DNA from: Octopus vulgaris
Lineage: Eukaryota
NCBI GenBank assembly: GCA_951406725.2
Contig: OX597814.1
Span: 108,500,001 to 108,564,000, forward strand
Direction: 5' to 3'
DNA length: 64,000 nucleotides
The notes beneath the pieces were generated by a model, which saw only the letters and a list, made by a program, of their open reading frames with translations, ran no database searches and had not been told where the DNA came from. Shown piece by piece: positions 26,175 to 40,273 of the stretch; the stretch's first letter is position 1, and each line of letters begins with the position of its first letter. Position numbers and translations under genes: made by a program.

Positions 26175-27219
26175 TTCGTACGCTCAGTATATATTTACAC
26201 ACATTCAACTCGATTGCAGCCTGCCTAAGCACCGCCGACATCTCCATAGCGATCATACGAGGTGCCGGTGTCTCTACGTGGTCGACCAGTGTGCTAGAAA
26301 TAACAGCCAAATCTCTCAAATCACCCCCTCCCCTCCCCTCCTCCCTCTCTTGTGTCGCTTGAACATGCTCTATTTTAAAAATACGGATGTTTGGAATGCT
26401 TTCTCATTCATAGGCTTGCAGAAGCAGGGGGCGACCTGGGGTTAAAAGACAACGCCATTACTAATGCTGACGACTGCTGCTACCGCTGCTGCTGCTGCTA
26501 CTGCTGCTCCCTTTGCTGCTTCTGTTGCTACTGCCGTGGAGGTTAAAACTACAGTTTTGCTAGAAATGATGATGATGATGATGATGACAACGACGACGAC
26601 GACGATGATAATGATGGTGGTGGTGGCGGCGGCGGGGCGGAGGTGGTGATGATGATGATTGATAAAACAATATTTATGTCTAATTTGCCGAACGACATTA
26701 AGTAAAATCAAGTCCTAGAAGAATGAAATAGATAATTAATGAGGGAATGCGTGTGTATGTGCGTGAATAGACAGACACTTTCACAAACATACATATAACA
26801 TATATAGGCACACACATTAACACATACCGTCATACATATACATACATACAGACACACACACACACACAAGTACATACACATAGAAACACAGACACGTTTG
26901 TTTTGCAGTGATGACGATGTAACATGAAAGTATATGAAACCAATGGTACGGAACTGTAATCTTTAGTCATCTCTCCTGAGCTTTTGAATCCGTGTCTGAG
27001 AGTGAACGAGTATAATATGTCTTAAACAATGCTATATACTTCCTCATTAACGTTTCCTATAAATATACGTTTCATAAATGACATTTAAAATCATATTGTC
27101 GAATATTACAGATTAGAGTTGTTTGGGAAAGATGTTAAATAAATGTGCATGCCACAATTCGCTGCTGAAATGTTTAGTAACAAAATTTCCACTTTTTTTA
27201 AAATAAGTATTTTAGTCTT

Positions 27220-27620
27220 ATCATTTACTTGCTTCAGTCATTGGACAGCAGCCATGTTGGGGCCACCGTCTTTGAAGGTTTAGTCGAACAAATCAACCAC
27301 AGTGCTTACTGCTTTTTTAGAACCTAGTTCTTATTCTATTCTACTCTTCGTTGAACTGCTAAGTTACGGAAACGTAAGCAAACCAGCATCGGTTGTCAGG
27401 TGGTGAGGGGGAGAGAAATACGTACATAAACTTACACAAATACATAGATACATGTGCGCACACGTACACGATGGGTTTCTTTCGGTTTACGTCTTCCAAA
27501 TCTACTCACAAGGTTTAAGTCGGCCCGGAGCTATAGCAGAAGACACTTGCACAAGGTGTCACTCAGTGAACCTGAACCCGGAATCATGTGGTTGGAAGCA
27601 AACTTCTTGCCACACAGCTA
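27220..27620 (-). mobile_element. SINE family B, diverged full copy
   Basis: Head, CORE-like and tail blocks all present. Confidence 0.75.
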
Positions 27621-28167
27621 CGAGAAAGAGGTCATTAAGATGTCGGATATATTTTATTTATGATGAGATTAAGTAAAACACTTCATCTAAATTATTTGAA
27701 ATATCTCGCGACAACATAACGATCCAACATTATTAATACAAAAGTACATTGTCATATCCATTTCTCGAGCCATTGTCGCTTACAAAACCAGTCTCTCTGC
27801 TATCAGTGTCGTTATAACACATACAACGCTTAATACCATAGCAACAAATAATCATTCTCTCTATCTGGTTTCGTCTCCTATACTTTATAAACTCTACAAC
27901 AGACATGCTCCCAGCCAACAACTTTTCCGCCGTCATTGCTACGAAGACATGATTCACAAACTGTCGCCAACATAACGTCACATTTATCACAAAATATGGC
28001 AGGTTCATTTCGCTTTTAAATTCTTAAGGATGATTCAAATTGTTCTGACATTGTAAAAGTATTTAAAAAATGGGGGCTTCTGGGATTTTCCTTCAAACTC
28101 TCTGCTTCCCTTTCTTTCCCACATTAAAAATTTTTTTTTTCAATTGCTCTTTTCTTTATGATTATTG

Positions 28168-28199
<32 letters not shown>

Positions 28200-29246
28200 G
28201 GCGATGGTAATAGTGGTATGAGTGACGGTGGTGGCGTTGGTGTTTGTGGTAGTAGTGGCATAGCGATAGTGGTGTTGAAGGTAGTGATGGTGATGGTGGT
28301 GATAAAGAAGGCGGTGATGGTGGTGATAAAGAAGGCGGCGATGGTTGTAGTGGTAGTAGCGCCATTAGTAGTGGCAGTTGTTTAGCCCCAGGTGAGAACT
28401 GATCAAGCAGATTGATGGCGAAAGGCTGTCTAGCCGTAACCATTCAGTCTTTCTCCAATGTTCAGACAACTCAGGAACACGTTGTCCATTAAATCCTCCC
28501 TTAAAACGGCAAGAGTAAGGTCTAAGGAAGATTTCACTGTTATTTCTAGCAATTCGAGCAACCACGTAAGACTCCCTTCGTTGGCTCGCTGTTACAATTG
28601 GTGGTGGTGGTATTTTATTCACGATAGTAGTGGTAGTCGTGGTGGTTGTGACGGCGGCGGCATGTTGTTGATGATAGTGGTGGACGTGGTGGGGGTGAAT
28701 TAATGTTCGTGATGGTGGTGGTGGTAATGGTGACGGTGATGTGTTGTTGTTCGTGATGGTTGAGGCGGTGCAGAATAGCTGCTGCTTATGTTCTTATTGT
28801 TGCTGTTGTTGTGAAATCTTCTGTACAAAACGAATAAGTATTCGCATAAATAAAATGGCGCCGCTTCGATACTGAGCAGCAGAAAGTGAGTCGGCAATTT
28901 TCCAGCATTAAATCGTTTTACTGACTGCTTGTCCTTGCCAACATCTCTCTCTCACTCTTCCTCCCTCCCTCTCTCTCTCTTTCATTATCTCTCTCTTTCT
29001 CCCTTCACCACGTTTTACCTCGTGGTTAGTTTAATAACTAGTACACTGACTCAACTACATACTTTTATCTGCTCAAGCCGATCGGCAACGTTCGGCTGTT
29101 TCCGCCGACAATATATACGTCATCGTACGTCATCATTAAAAACAAAAAACAAACAAAAGATAAATTCTAATGGAAAATAAGTAAAGGCGACAATAACAAC
29201 AACAACAACAGCAGCAGCAGCAGCAACAACAACAACAACGGCAGCA

Positions 29247-29278
<32 letters not shown>

Positions 29279-29581
29279 AGCAACAACGATACAATACTAA
29301 GTGTTGAAATAACATGGTGAACCACCGAGTTTGTCACTCGCCTTTATTCTTTTTCTTATTGGTCACCTCGAATTATATATTATCGTTATTATAACTTAAC
29401 GTCCCGTTCAGATAATAAGTATTATATTACTTTACAATACATATCTTCACATCAGTTGCGACCGAGCTATTATCACAAATTTGCAATATCCTTTGTGGCA
29501 TTTATAGTTGTTAGTCTTTCACTCAGTCGCAAAGTTGTAAGCATCTGGACTTTGAAATCCGAATCAAAAATGGAATCTAAA

Positions 29582-30392
29582 CAGGCACAAAGTATGGCTT
29601 TGTGGTTAAAAAGTTTGCTTCCCAGCCACATGGTTCCGAGTACAGTCCTACTGCGTGGCTCCTTGGGCAAGAACTTTTTGCTCTAGCCCCCGGGCCGACC
29701 AAAGCCTTGTGTGTGAATTTGGCAGACGTGTGTGTGTGTGTGTGTGTGTAACCTTGATGACTCGGGTATTCAGTCAACCATTTGCGAGTATGCACAATTG
29801 GGTACAAATCCGTGTTTAATTTCGTGAGGACGTATTTGCCCTTATAAATTGTTCGTACAAGACAGTGCTATCACCGACCTGACCTTGGTGCTTTCACTCT
29901 TTAAGTACTTGGTTCTCTTGAATCCTGGAATTAAAAAAAATATATTTATATAATAGGCGCAGTGTAGTATGAAGTTTGCTTCCCAACTACGTGGGTCCGA
30001 GTTCAGTCCCACTGCGTGGCAGTTTGGACAAGTGGCTTTTACTATAGCATCGGATCGACCAAAGCTTTGTGAGTGGATTTGGTTGAGGGAAACTGAACGA
30101 AGCCTGAGGCTTTACGAGAAGGCACTTTCCCAAAACAGATGTCACATAGTGGAGCTGAACCAGGAACCATGTGGTTGGGAAACAAGATTCTTACCACACA
30201 GCCACGCCTGCACCTAACAGAAACAAGGGCAAGAGTATAGCAGAATCGGTAGGGCTCAAATCTCATCGAAGTCAACTTCGCCTTTCATCTTTTCGTGGTC
30301 GATAAAAATAAAGTACCAGACAAGTACTGGAGGCTATGATATTGACTAATCCCTACCTCGTCTCAAAAGTGCTGGCCTTGTGCTGAAATTTA
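29582..30392. mobile_element. Cluster of SINE B heads (29582+, 29955+, 30115-) and a degenerate SINE A (30237+)
   Basis: ccttgggcaag CORE-like and gcctttcatc motifs. Confidence 0.7.
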
Positions 30393-30500
30393 AAACCCTT
30401 TACAGGTAGCGAAATGGCAGAATCATTAACGTATCGGAAACAATACCGTGCGGCATTTCTTCTGTCTTTTGAGGTTTCCAGTTCAAGTCCTGCTGAGTTC

Positions 30501-30755
30501 AACCCTAAATCTTAACCCCTAACCTTTGATCATAACCATAACTCTAAACCGTATACCTAAACCCTAACTGCTAATCCCTAACTGTAAATCTAACCCTAAA
30601 ACCTAACTCCTTACCCTAACTCAAAATCGTAACTCAAAACTGAAGCACTAACTCTTAACTCTAAATCCTAAACCTAACCCTAAATTCTAACAATAAGCGC
30701 TAGCCCTTGACCGGAACCTTAACCACAAGCTGTAAATTCTTAGCCCAAACCTAGC
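30501..30755 (+). repeat. Degenerate (CCCTAA)n telomere-like tract
   Basis: Repeated aaccctaa/cctaac/ctctaa hexamer variants. Confidence 0.7.
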
Positions 30756-30954
30756 TTTTTAAAAAATATTGCATACTTATGCAAGAGTATAGGAATCATT
30801 TAACTTTTTTTCCTCCCATTTTGAAAAACTTTCTCTTTCGGAGTTGAAACTCGGAACGCATTGAGGCGGAGGAAATATGCTGCGAAACATTTCTTCTTTC
30901 TCTTCTTTCTTTAACTTTCGACGCACTAACAATTCTGCCACTCCACTACAAGTG

Positions 30955-31155
30955 GCACAAGGCCTGAGATTTTAGCAGGGGAGGGGATAAGTCGATTACA
31001 TGGACCCCAGTGCTCAACTGGTACTTATTTTATCGATCCTGAAAGGATGGAAGGTAAAGTCGACCTCGGTGGAATTTGAATTCAGAACGTAAAGACGGAC
31101 GAAATGTCGCTAAACATTTTGCCCGGCTTGCTAACGATTCTGCCAGCTCGCCGCC

Positions 31156-31156
<1 letters not shown>
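30955..31156 (-). mobile_element. SINE family A
   Basis: Full head to tail on the minus strand. Confidence 0.85.
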
Positions 31157-31217
<61 letters not shown>

Positions 31218-31249
31218 GATGGGCTACAGCAAATATTCTGTAATACCAC

Positions 31250-31281
<32 letters not shown>

Positions 31282-31568
31282 CCATGTGTTGAGAGGGATT
31301 CTTTGGGGTTTGAATAGTACCTCTGGAAACATAGTTTGAGTGGGCTACTCAACCTGAAGAAAATTCTAACTGGGCCCCACCTGCAAGGTCATGTGCTGTT
31401 TATCTTGATATGAGATCACCATGTCGCGCACATATGGTTGTGATGCATGTGCCTGGTGTACCTTATCAGACGGGTAGTCATGATGGGTATATTGGGCTTC
31501 GTATATTTTACCCCAGTGTCACTTTGATGGCATGTGCTCTCTCACTCAATGATAATAATAATAATAAC

Positions 31569-31680
<112 letters not shown>

Positions 31681-31721
31681 ATTATTATCATCATTATTAT
31701 TATTATTATTATTATTATTTT

Positions 31722-32480
31722 AAAAGAGGCCGAGAGCACTATGCTGGTAGCGCAAGACCAAGCTTTGGCCTCAAACTGGAGGGTCAACCTGATGAATGAG
31801 CAAGTGTCTCCGCTGTGCCGTATCTGAAATAGAGTTGATGAAACAATTGGCCATATCACAAACGAATGCCCTAGACTTGACCCAAACCACTACAAGTTGT
31901 GGCGACACTATCAGGTAGCAAAAGTGCTATACTTAGTAGTAGTAGTAGTAGTAGTAAAAGTGGTGGTGGTGGTGGTGGTAGTAGTAGTAGTCACAAACCG
32001 TAAAGAGTGGCGGAGTCGAAGACTAGCAAAGTTCTCTGGGATTTCTCAATCCAAACAGATCAAGAGCTAGAGTTTAACAGACCGGGCCTAGTGGTGGTGG
32101 ACAAGATGCACCACACACACTATATAGTTGAAGTTGCATGCCCCTTTGACTCACGAATAGTTAAGAAGGAAGGCGAAAAGGTGGATAAATACAACCCACT
32201 TAAGAACGAAATAGCCTGGCTATGGAAAATGAAGAAGGTGAAGATAGTGCCAATTATTGTTGGGTCCTTGGGAACAGTATCAGAAGGCGTCAAGGGGAAT
32301 ATAAAGAGTAGAATTGTTACAAAAGGGTTGCCTCCTTGGCACGGCCAGAATAATCAGGAAAGTATTAAATGACTGAAAAGAATGGATAGCAAGGTACCGT
32401 AGGCTGGAGGTAGCGAGCTCGCTGGGCATGTAAGATTCCAGGAGTTCCAACAAAACCTGTTATAAAGAGAAAATAATAAT
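31722..32480 (+). mobile_element. R4/Dong-like LINE 3' fragment (CCHC + restriction-like endonuclease)
   Basis: AQDQAL, CRI*..ETIGHITNECP, KVLWDFSIQTD..NRPGLVV..IVEVACP..EKVDKY..IVPIIVGSLG; ends in (AAT)n. Confidence 0.85.
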
Positions 32481-32483
32481 AAT

Positions 32484-32658
32484 GATCCTTTCTACTAAAG
32501 GCACAAGGCCTGAATTTTGTAGGGAGGGGACTAGTTGATTTCATCGATCTCAGTGTTTCACTGATATTTAATTTACCGACCTCGGAAGGATGAAAGGTGA
32601 AGTCAACCTTGGTGGCATTCGAACTCAGAACATAAAGACGGACGAAATGTCGCTAAGC
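32484..32658 (-). mobile_element. SINE family A
   Basis: Shared body. Confidence 0.75.
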
Positions 32659-32660
32659 TT

Positions 32661-33438
<778 letters not shown>

Positions 33439-33860
33439 GCATTTTACCCGGCCTGCTAACGATTCTGCCAACTCGCCACTTTTCATAATGATTTCAAATT
33501 TTGGCACAAGGGCAGCATTTCCGGAGGTCGGGGTAAATCAACTACATCGACTCCAGTGGTTAACTGGTACTTATTTTATCGACCTCGAAAGGATGAAACC
33601 AAAGTTGATTCGAGCGGGAAGTAATGCCGCAAATCATTTTGTCCGATGCTCTAACGGTTCTGTCGGGTCACCTGAATATAAATTAAAACATATGCAACAT
33701 ATTTCTCCACATAAATCTTTACTGCAGCTGTTCAACAGAATTTAACAAGAATCTGCTTAGATTATCGTAAAGCTGTGCATCGTATGTCATATAGAAATGA
33801 TTTTTTAGAATTTTAATTCTTCGCTTGATACTTGTGAGATAGTGACGATGTTATATTTAT

Positions 33861-34372
33861 TGGGTCATCCCATAATGCGGTATTTTAATACTTTTTTTAT
33901 TTTCCAAAATTAAGGTAAGCAAAGTTCTTTTTTCATCTAAAATATACTCTCCTTCATTTTCTACAATGCTCTTCCATCTATCTTGTAGAGTTGCAAGGCA
34001 CCTCTTCCAAAATTCACTTGTCCGTGATGAAAATTACTCCTGTTCTGTAGAATTCATATTTTTTCTGTCCAAATGATTTTGAAGATTGCAGAATAAATAA
34101 TAATCAGATGGGACAATGTCCAGTATTGGAATGTCATGCTTGCTGTATGTGGCTGAGCATTATCCTGATGGAAGAACATTTTCTGTCTTCAAACCAAAGA
34201 TGGTCGTTTTTCTTCTAGCGCTGACTTAATCCGCTCCATTGGCTCACAGAAGATCTCCTTTGTTATCGTTTAGTTCTGGTTTTAAAAGTTCAGAATGGAC
34301 TAAACCTTTCATATACCACCAAACAGACAACAACACCTTATTGCATGGGTGAAGACCTTCTTTAGCCGAGGG
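33861..34372 (-). mobile_element. Mariner 3' fragment
   Basis: ttgggtcatcccataa TIR; KVLLSVWWYMKGLVHSELLKP. Confidence 0.75.
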
Positions 34373-34685
34373 TGCCGGTGTTGGTGTATTTATGACCGCG
34401 TAATCTAGCATTTCGGCAAAAGACACCGATAAAATAAGTACTAGGCTTACAAAGTATGAGTCCTGGGGTCGATCTGTTCGACTAAAGGTAGTGCTCCAGT
34501 ATGGCCGCAGTCAAATGAAAGAAACAAATAAAAGAATAAAAGACTGCGCTGCAGAAATTGGATTGCGTCTGATAATATATATCCATGTCTTTTATGCCAT
34601 CAGATACGTTATCAAGAAATATGGCTTACATCCAATAATTATAATTTATCTGTTGCTTTTTACTTGTTTCAGTCATTTAAATTTA

Positions 34686-34955
34686 GCAGTGTAGTTAAGA
34701 ATCACGTGGATGCGGGTTCAATTCCGTTGTGCGGCACCTTGGACGAATGTCTCCTGCTTATAACTTCGGACTGACCAATGCCTCATTGTGAGCAGAGTTG
34801 GTAGACTGAAGCTGTGTGCGAGCCTGTCATGTATGTATGTATGTATGTATGTATGTATGTATGTATGTATGTATGTATGTATGTATGTGTGTGTATGTAT
34901 GTATGTATGTATGTATGTATGTGTGTGTGTATGTATGTATGTATGTATGTATGTA

Positions 34956-34986
<31 letters not shown>

Positions 34987-35162
34987 ACGTACATACGTAT
35001 GTATGTATGTATGTACGTACGTACGTATGTATGTATGTATGTATGTATGTATGAATGTATGTATGTATGAATGTATGTATGTATGTATGTATGTATGTAT
35101 GTATGAATATATGTATGTATGTATTTATGTATGTGTGTACGTATGTATGTATGTATGCATGC

Positions 35163-35194
<32 letters not shown>

Positions 35195-35790
35195 GCATGC
35201 ATATATGTATGTGTGTGTATGTATGTATGTATGTATGTACGTAAGTATGTATGTATGCATGTATGTATGTACAAATGTATGTATGTATATATGTATGTAT
35301 GCATGAATATATGCATGTATGCATTATGTATGCATGAATGTATATATGTATTATGTATGTATGTACGTATGTATGTATGTACGTGCGTATGTATGAATGT
35401 ATGTATGTATGTATGTATGTATGTATGTATGTGTGTGTATGTATGTGTGTGTATGTATGTATGTATGTGTGTGTATGTATGTGTGTGTATGTATGTATGT
35501 GTGTATGTATGTATGTATGTATGTATGTATGTATGTATGTGTGTATGTATGTATGTATGTATGTATGTATGTATGTATGTATGTATGTGTGTGTGTATGT
35601 ATGTATGTATTTGTGAGTGTACTCCGCCACCGCTTGACAAATTGTGTTGGTTTGTTTATGCCTCCGTGCGTTAGCGGTTCAAGCAAAGTGATCGATAGAT
35701 AAAACTAAGTATTGAGCTCGATATATCCCCCCAAGGCAGCGCACCCCACTCCCTCGCACAGCAGCAACTCAATGACTGAAACAAGAAAAG
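34686..35790 (+). mobile_element. SINE family B with internal (TATG)n expanded to about 780 bp
   Basis: Head 34686-34828, (TATG/TGTG)n 34829-35610, tail 35611-35790. Confidence 0.75.
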
Positions 35791-36104
35791 ATATTTGGAA
35801 AAAATTCCCTTAGATTTCTGAAGTTGAAAAAGTTAGGTCAAATCATGAATTTGGCCAACGTAGAATCGAACTCAGAACATCTTCTCTTACACGTCATATC
35901 TTAAATAACATAACTTATTCAACTGTCCTGGAAGAGCTGAATGTTACTCAGCAACTCAAGTCACGTGCTTGGGTGTGTCGCGTGATGTATATGGGATTTC
36001 CCAAAATGCTAAGAAGAAAACAGGAAGAAAAAATTCCGAAAATTCTTTCAATGAAGTCAAGCAGGATTTTGAACTGTTCTGTTGATCAGCGTAGGAGTAC
36101 AAGG

Positions 36105-36208
36105 TGGATGGTAGTGGTGGTGGTGGTGGTGGTGGTGGTGGTGGTTGTTGTTGTTGTTGTTGTTGTGGTTGTTGTTGGTGGTGGTGGTGGTGGTGATGGT
36201 TGTTGTTG

Positions 36209-36240
<32 letters not shown>

Positions 36241-36262
36241 GGTGGTGGTGGCGGCGGTGGTT
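36105..36262. repeat. (GGT/GTT)n trinucleotide repeat
   Basis: Directly visible. Confidence 0.9.
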
Positions 36263-37328
36263 TCGGCTATAACGGAGACACCGGTGGCGGCGACGACAGA
36301 CAGAGTGGCCATCCTGATCGAACCTGAGAAAATTCGTCCAGATTTCAACAAGATAGCATTAATTTTATTTTCCAGCATCTTCGAGAGTTATTCAAGAAAT
36401 CGATCGGTCGAAGTTTGTGGCGACAACATCAAAGGCAGTCAATCAGTACCTTTTAGTGATTAGGTTAAAGAACTGCAAGAAGCTGTTCTTTTGATCGTGA
36501 AACACGAGGTCAAAGGGTTTATCAATCATAATTAATTAAATTCAAAGGGTTATTAGTTGTGTCGCTCCTTCGCTGACGGGTTTGAGACCATTTTGGTACA
36601 GCCGTTTTGGCGTCGCCGTTTTGGCACCGCTTATTTGACGTCACTGATACGATGCTGACTTACTTGACATCAGACCTTTTAATATTTCTCTAGTTCTCTC
36701 CCTTCTCTTCCTTCTCTCTCTGTTTATATGTGTGGATATATTTCTCTTTATGTGAACGAGAAGACGGAAAGTGTTTATAGTAATCGTCTTCAAGTAATAG
36801 GTTGTAATTTCTCTCCCTCTCTCCTTTCCTCTCTCTCCTTGTGTGTCTATGTTGTGTATTTCTGCGTGTGCGTATATGTGTGAATGAGTGTTTGCCTTCA
36901 GTGCCAAATCGTCTGCGCCCAAAAAGCTACGCCTAATTGACCCATTCCACTCTCTAACGAGATATAACTTTATCCGCGGGGGCTTTTTTTATATTACCAG
37001 CATTTTCTTATGTTTCTCAAGAGTGCAGACTGTGTGATCATTTGTTATGGCTTCAGGGAACAAGAATTTCTTAGGACAGTATATATCTGCAGAAATAATG
37101 GACATATATCAGGCGTTGGTTACATATACTAAAGAAGACGGCATAAATAGATGATCTGACTTCCCCACATGCAATTCTTCGTGTGTTAAGAGTCTTTGAT
37201 AGTTTGGCTTCTTTTCAATATTTTATTATTGATAATAATTATTGTTCTAAGCGGACTCGTCTCTGATGCTTAATTTCGCGTGCGTAATGTGGTCGCATTA
37301 GGTGCCGAGCAATTTTTTTATGCATTTA

Positions 37329-37735
37329 CCTTTTACTCTTTTACTTGTTTCAGTCATTTGACTGTGGCCATGCTGGAGCACCGCCTTTAGTCGAGAAAAT
37401 CGACCCCAGTATTAGGCTTCGTAAGCCCGGTACTTATTCTATTGGTCTCTTTTGCCGAACCGCTAAGTTACGGGGGCATAAACACACCAGCATCGGTTGT
37501 CAAGCGATGTTGGGGGGACAAACACAGACACACAAACATATACACACACATACATATACATATATATACATATATACGATGGGTTTCTTTCAGTTTCCGT
37601 TTACCAAATCCACTCACAAGGCTTTGGTTGGCCCTAGGCTATAGTAGAAGACACTTGACCAAAGTGCCACGCAGTGGGATTGAACCCGGAATCATGTGGT
37701 TCGTAAGCAAGCTACTACCACACAGCCACTCCTAC
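37329..37735 (-). mobile_element. SINE family B, full copy
   Basis: Complete head to tail. Confidence 0.9.
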
Positions 37736-38150
37736 GCCAAGGCGCGTTTTATACGCCACTAAATATGGTATCTGCAGAAATTATTACAATTGCTGTTTTC
37801 CATCCATGTGAAATTTGTTTAAAATTTTGCTTGTTGAAGGCACCAAAATTCAGTTTGGTCAAGGCGGAAGCAAACCTATAAGCGCCTGTGTTAATATATC
37901 ATGAAAGCATACGGTTGTAATAGAAAAACTCGAATCTCTCTGCGTTGTCATTCTTACCACCAACTACGACTGTTATAAACACCCTTGTAAACTAATACCT
38001 CTGGAGTTTGCCAGCAGAAGTCAGTGGTTTTAATTTTAGTACATTAAAGTTTGATCCAAGTTAACTTTTACCTTGCGTTACTCAGTCTGCCATTTAATGT
38101 ATGAAAATTGTCATCCTTGTTAGGGAAAATATATACTACAATACATTAGT

Positions 38151-38301
38151 TACATTATTTACATTTGACAGATATTTGTCCTCATCTTGTTTGTTGTTAA
38201 CGTTTCGGCTGATATACCCTCCAGCCTTCATCAGGTGTCATGGGGGAAATTTCGAACCTAGGTTCTCATTCTTAAGGTATTTTTCGATGTTGTTGTTGTT
38301 G

Positions 38302-38368
<67 letters not shown>

Positions 38369-38382
38369 CATCATCATCATCA

Positions 38383-38431
<49 letters not shown>

Positions 38432-38494
38432 GGCATAGTGGTTAAGAGCGCGGGCTATTAACCCCAAGATTCCGAGTTCGATTCCAGGCAGCGA

Positions 38495-38570
<76 letters not shown>

Positions 38571-38745
38571 ATCGAGAAAAAAACCCCCTTAGGAATGAGA
38601 ACCCAGGTTCGAAATTTCCCCAAGACACCTGATGAAGGCTAGAACGTATATCAGCGGAAACGGTGTGTTAACAACACAAGATGAAGACAAATATCCGTCA
38701 AATGTAAATAATGTACATAATTCCTCATCTCTTAAATATAGAACT
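38151..38745. mobile_element. Inverted pair of a tRNA-headed, hammerhead-tailed SINE-like element
   Basis: Arms 38151-38288 and 38570-38715 are inverted repeats, each with CTGATGA..GAAAC; tRNA-like head 38431-38497 lies between (TTA)n and (AAT)n. Confidence 0.8.
38431..38497 (+). promoter_or_regulatory. tRNA-derived Pol III internal promoter (A and B boxes)
   Basis: TGGCATAGTGG (A box), GAGTTCGATTCC (B box), anticodon-like arm ggg-ctattaa-ccc; acceptor stem incomplete. Confidence 0.75.
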
Positions 38746-40196
38746 ATATATACTACGATGTGGAAAACTGGATATAATGTCCACAGTTCCAAAGACCTCT
38801 AAGCACCAGTTACTTGTCTTTGCCACTAGTTCGTTTGTCTTTTAAGAGAACTTGCAGCTTTTATGTGAGGCTGTTGAATTACCGTTTACCCAGAAAATTT
38901 CTAAATTATTTCTCAGCGCGCGACCTATAATGAAGCTTTAACTTCTTAAAAAACAGCAATTACTTTAATTCAGCCGACCAATAAAATCATGACACGTCAT
39001 AAAACTTCATTGGCTAATAAACGACCGAAAAGTCTGCTGATGAATATGTAAGATATCTTTAGAAACTCAGAGTCGGCTGTAACTCCAGTAGTGTCATGAC
39101 GGACTCATATAAAGGCGGAAATGTCAGTGATTAATTCAGAACTTGAATCTCTCGTGGACGAACAGGAATTAGTCTGCTAGAAAACAAACAAGAAATTAGC
39201 TGTATTCAGCCGTAGATCGGGTTTATAGTTTGAAAATAGCCATGGAAGATTCTCATCTTCTGATGTTAGGGTAGAAAATTGTGCGTTAGTAATGGAGTAG
39301 CTAAAGTATACCGCGCCTGTGGCGGCCATTGACTTTGCAGCACCCATCCCTTCGCTCCTACACAGGCTTAAACAGCAGACATAAAAAGTGCCACTCGTGG
39401 TGAACCACCCCGTCCCCATTTCCAAGCTACTGAAATGGTTTGAGAAAAAAACTCTGAACGGTCTCCAGCTCATCTGCAGTTGCATTTTTGTGGGGTCAGA
39501 GTTGTTATTTCTACAAGAAATTCCCTTAATGTCCAGCCCAGTTATTTTATGTGTTAGAAAAGTGTGGAACCTTTCACGGGTCTATATATTCTTGAAAACA
39601 CCAGCGATCACTTTTATTCTCTGTACGATCTTTACTCGTGTTTCGTCAAACTTTGAAGAATTCATCATTAAAATTTCTTTAAAATTGCTCGCCGACACAG
39701 GCGAATTCCTGCAGGTTCAATTGAATCAATCGTGCCTAACCCAAAGATGATATGATATTAATGGTTTCAGTTAATCTGAAAGTACCGTTTAAGAAATATT
39801 GTCTACTAGAATCAGTGATTAAAGACCGCCCGTATGAATTTCTATTCAATTTGTGTCTAATCTCATCAATATTTAACTAGCGCTACTCGTAGAAACTCCT
39901 GGCCCATTTTGTGGTACAGTGTCAGCCATTAACATTTCCTGATTCAGTAATAATATGCGGTCATTTCTTCCGTAATCCTTTGAATAATTTCTAAGAATTC
40001 TTGTCTGTTTTCTTCCGTCAGGTTTTCTCGTCTGTCCTGTTTTCTCATTCTGATTTGTACAAAATAGCCTTGCCTAACATCATCGTTCATATTTTGTCTT
40101 CTTTTTTTATTCTTTCCTGACTAACCACAACTTCGTTGTTCATCATACAATTCTCTCTCTCTTCCTCTCTCCCTCTTGCTCGCGCGCGCGCACGCA

Positions 40197-40273
<77 letters not shown>

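Noticed and set aside
26125-26440. Possible exon (MRDLAVISSTLVDH...) and a CTCF-like gcagggggcg motif
   Set aside because: No recognisable domain or convincing splice signals; a single motif is expected by chance.
34718-35702. Long ORFs up to 286 aa (MYVC/HTYI repeats), and similar YI, CV and HT ORFs across the window
   Set aside because: Translations of stop-free microsatellites.
36590-36930. Repeated gttttggc motifs with inverted ccaaa motifs, possible MITE
   Set aside because: No clear TIR or TSD could be defined.
38431-38497. Functional tRNA gene
   Set aside because: Acceptor stem incomplete and no oligo-T terminator; better explained as a SINE head.
39040-39072. CTGATGA...GAAAC hammerhead-like spacing
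   Set aside because: No closed stem II or valid stem III/NUH geometry.
39177-39750. 100-120 aa ORFs in unique sequence
   Set aside because: No recognisable motifs.
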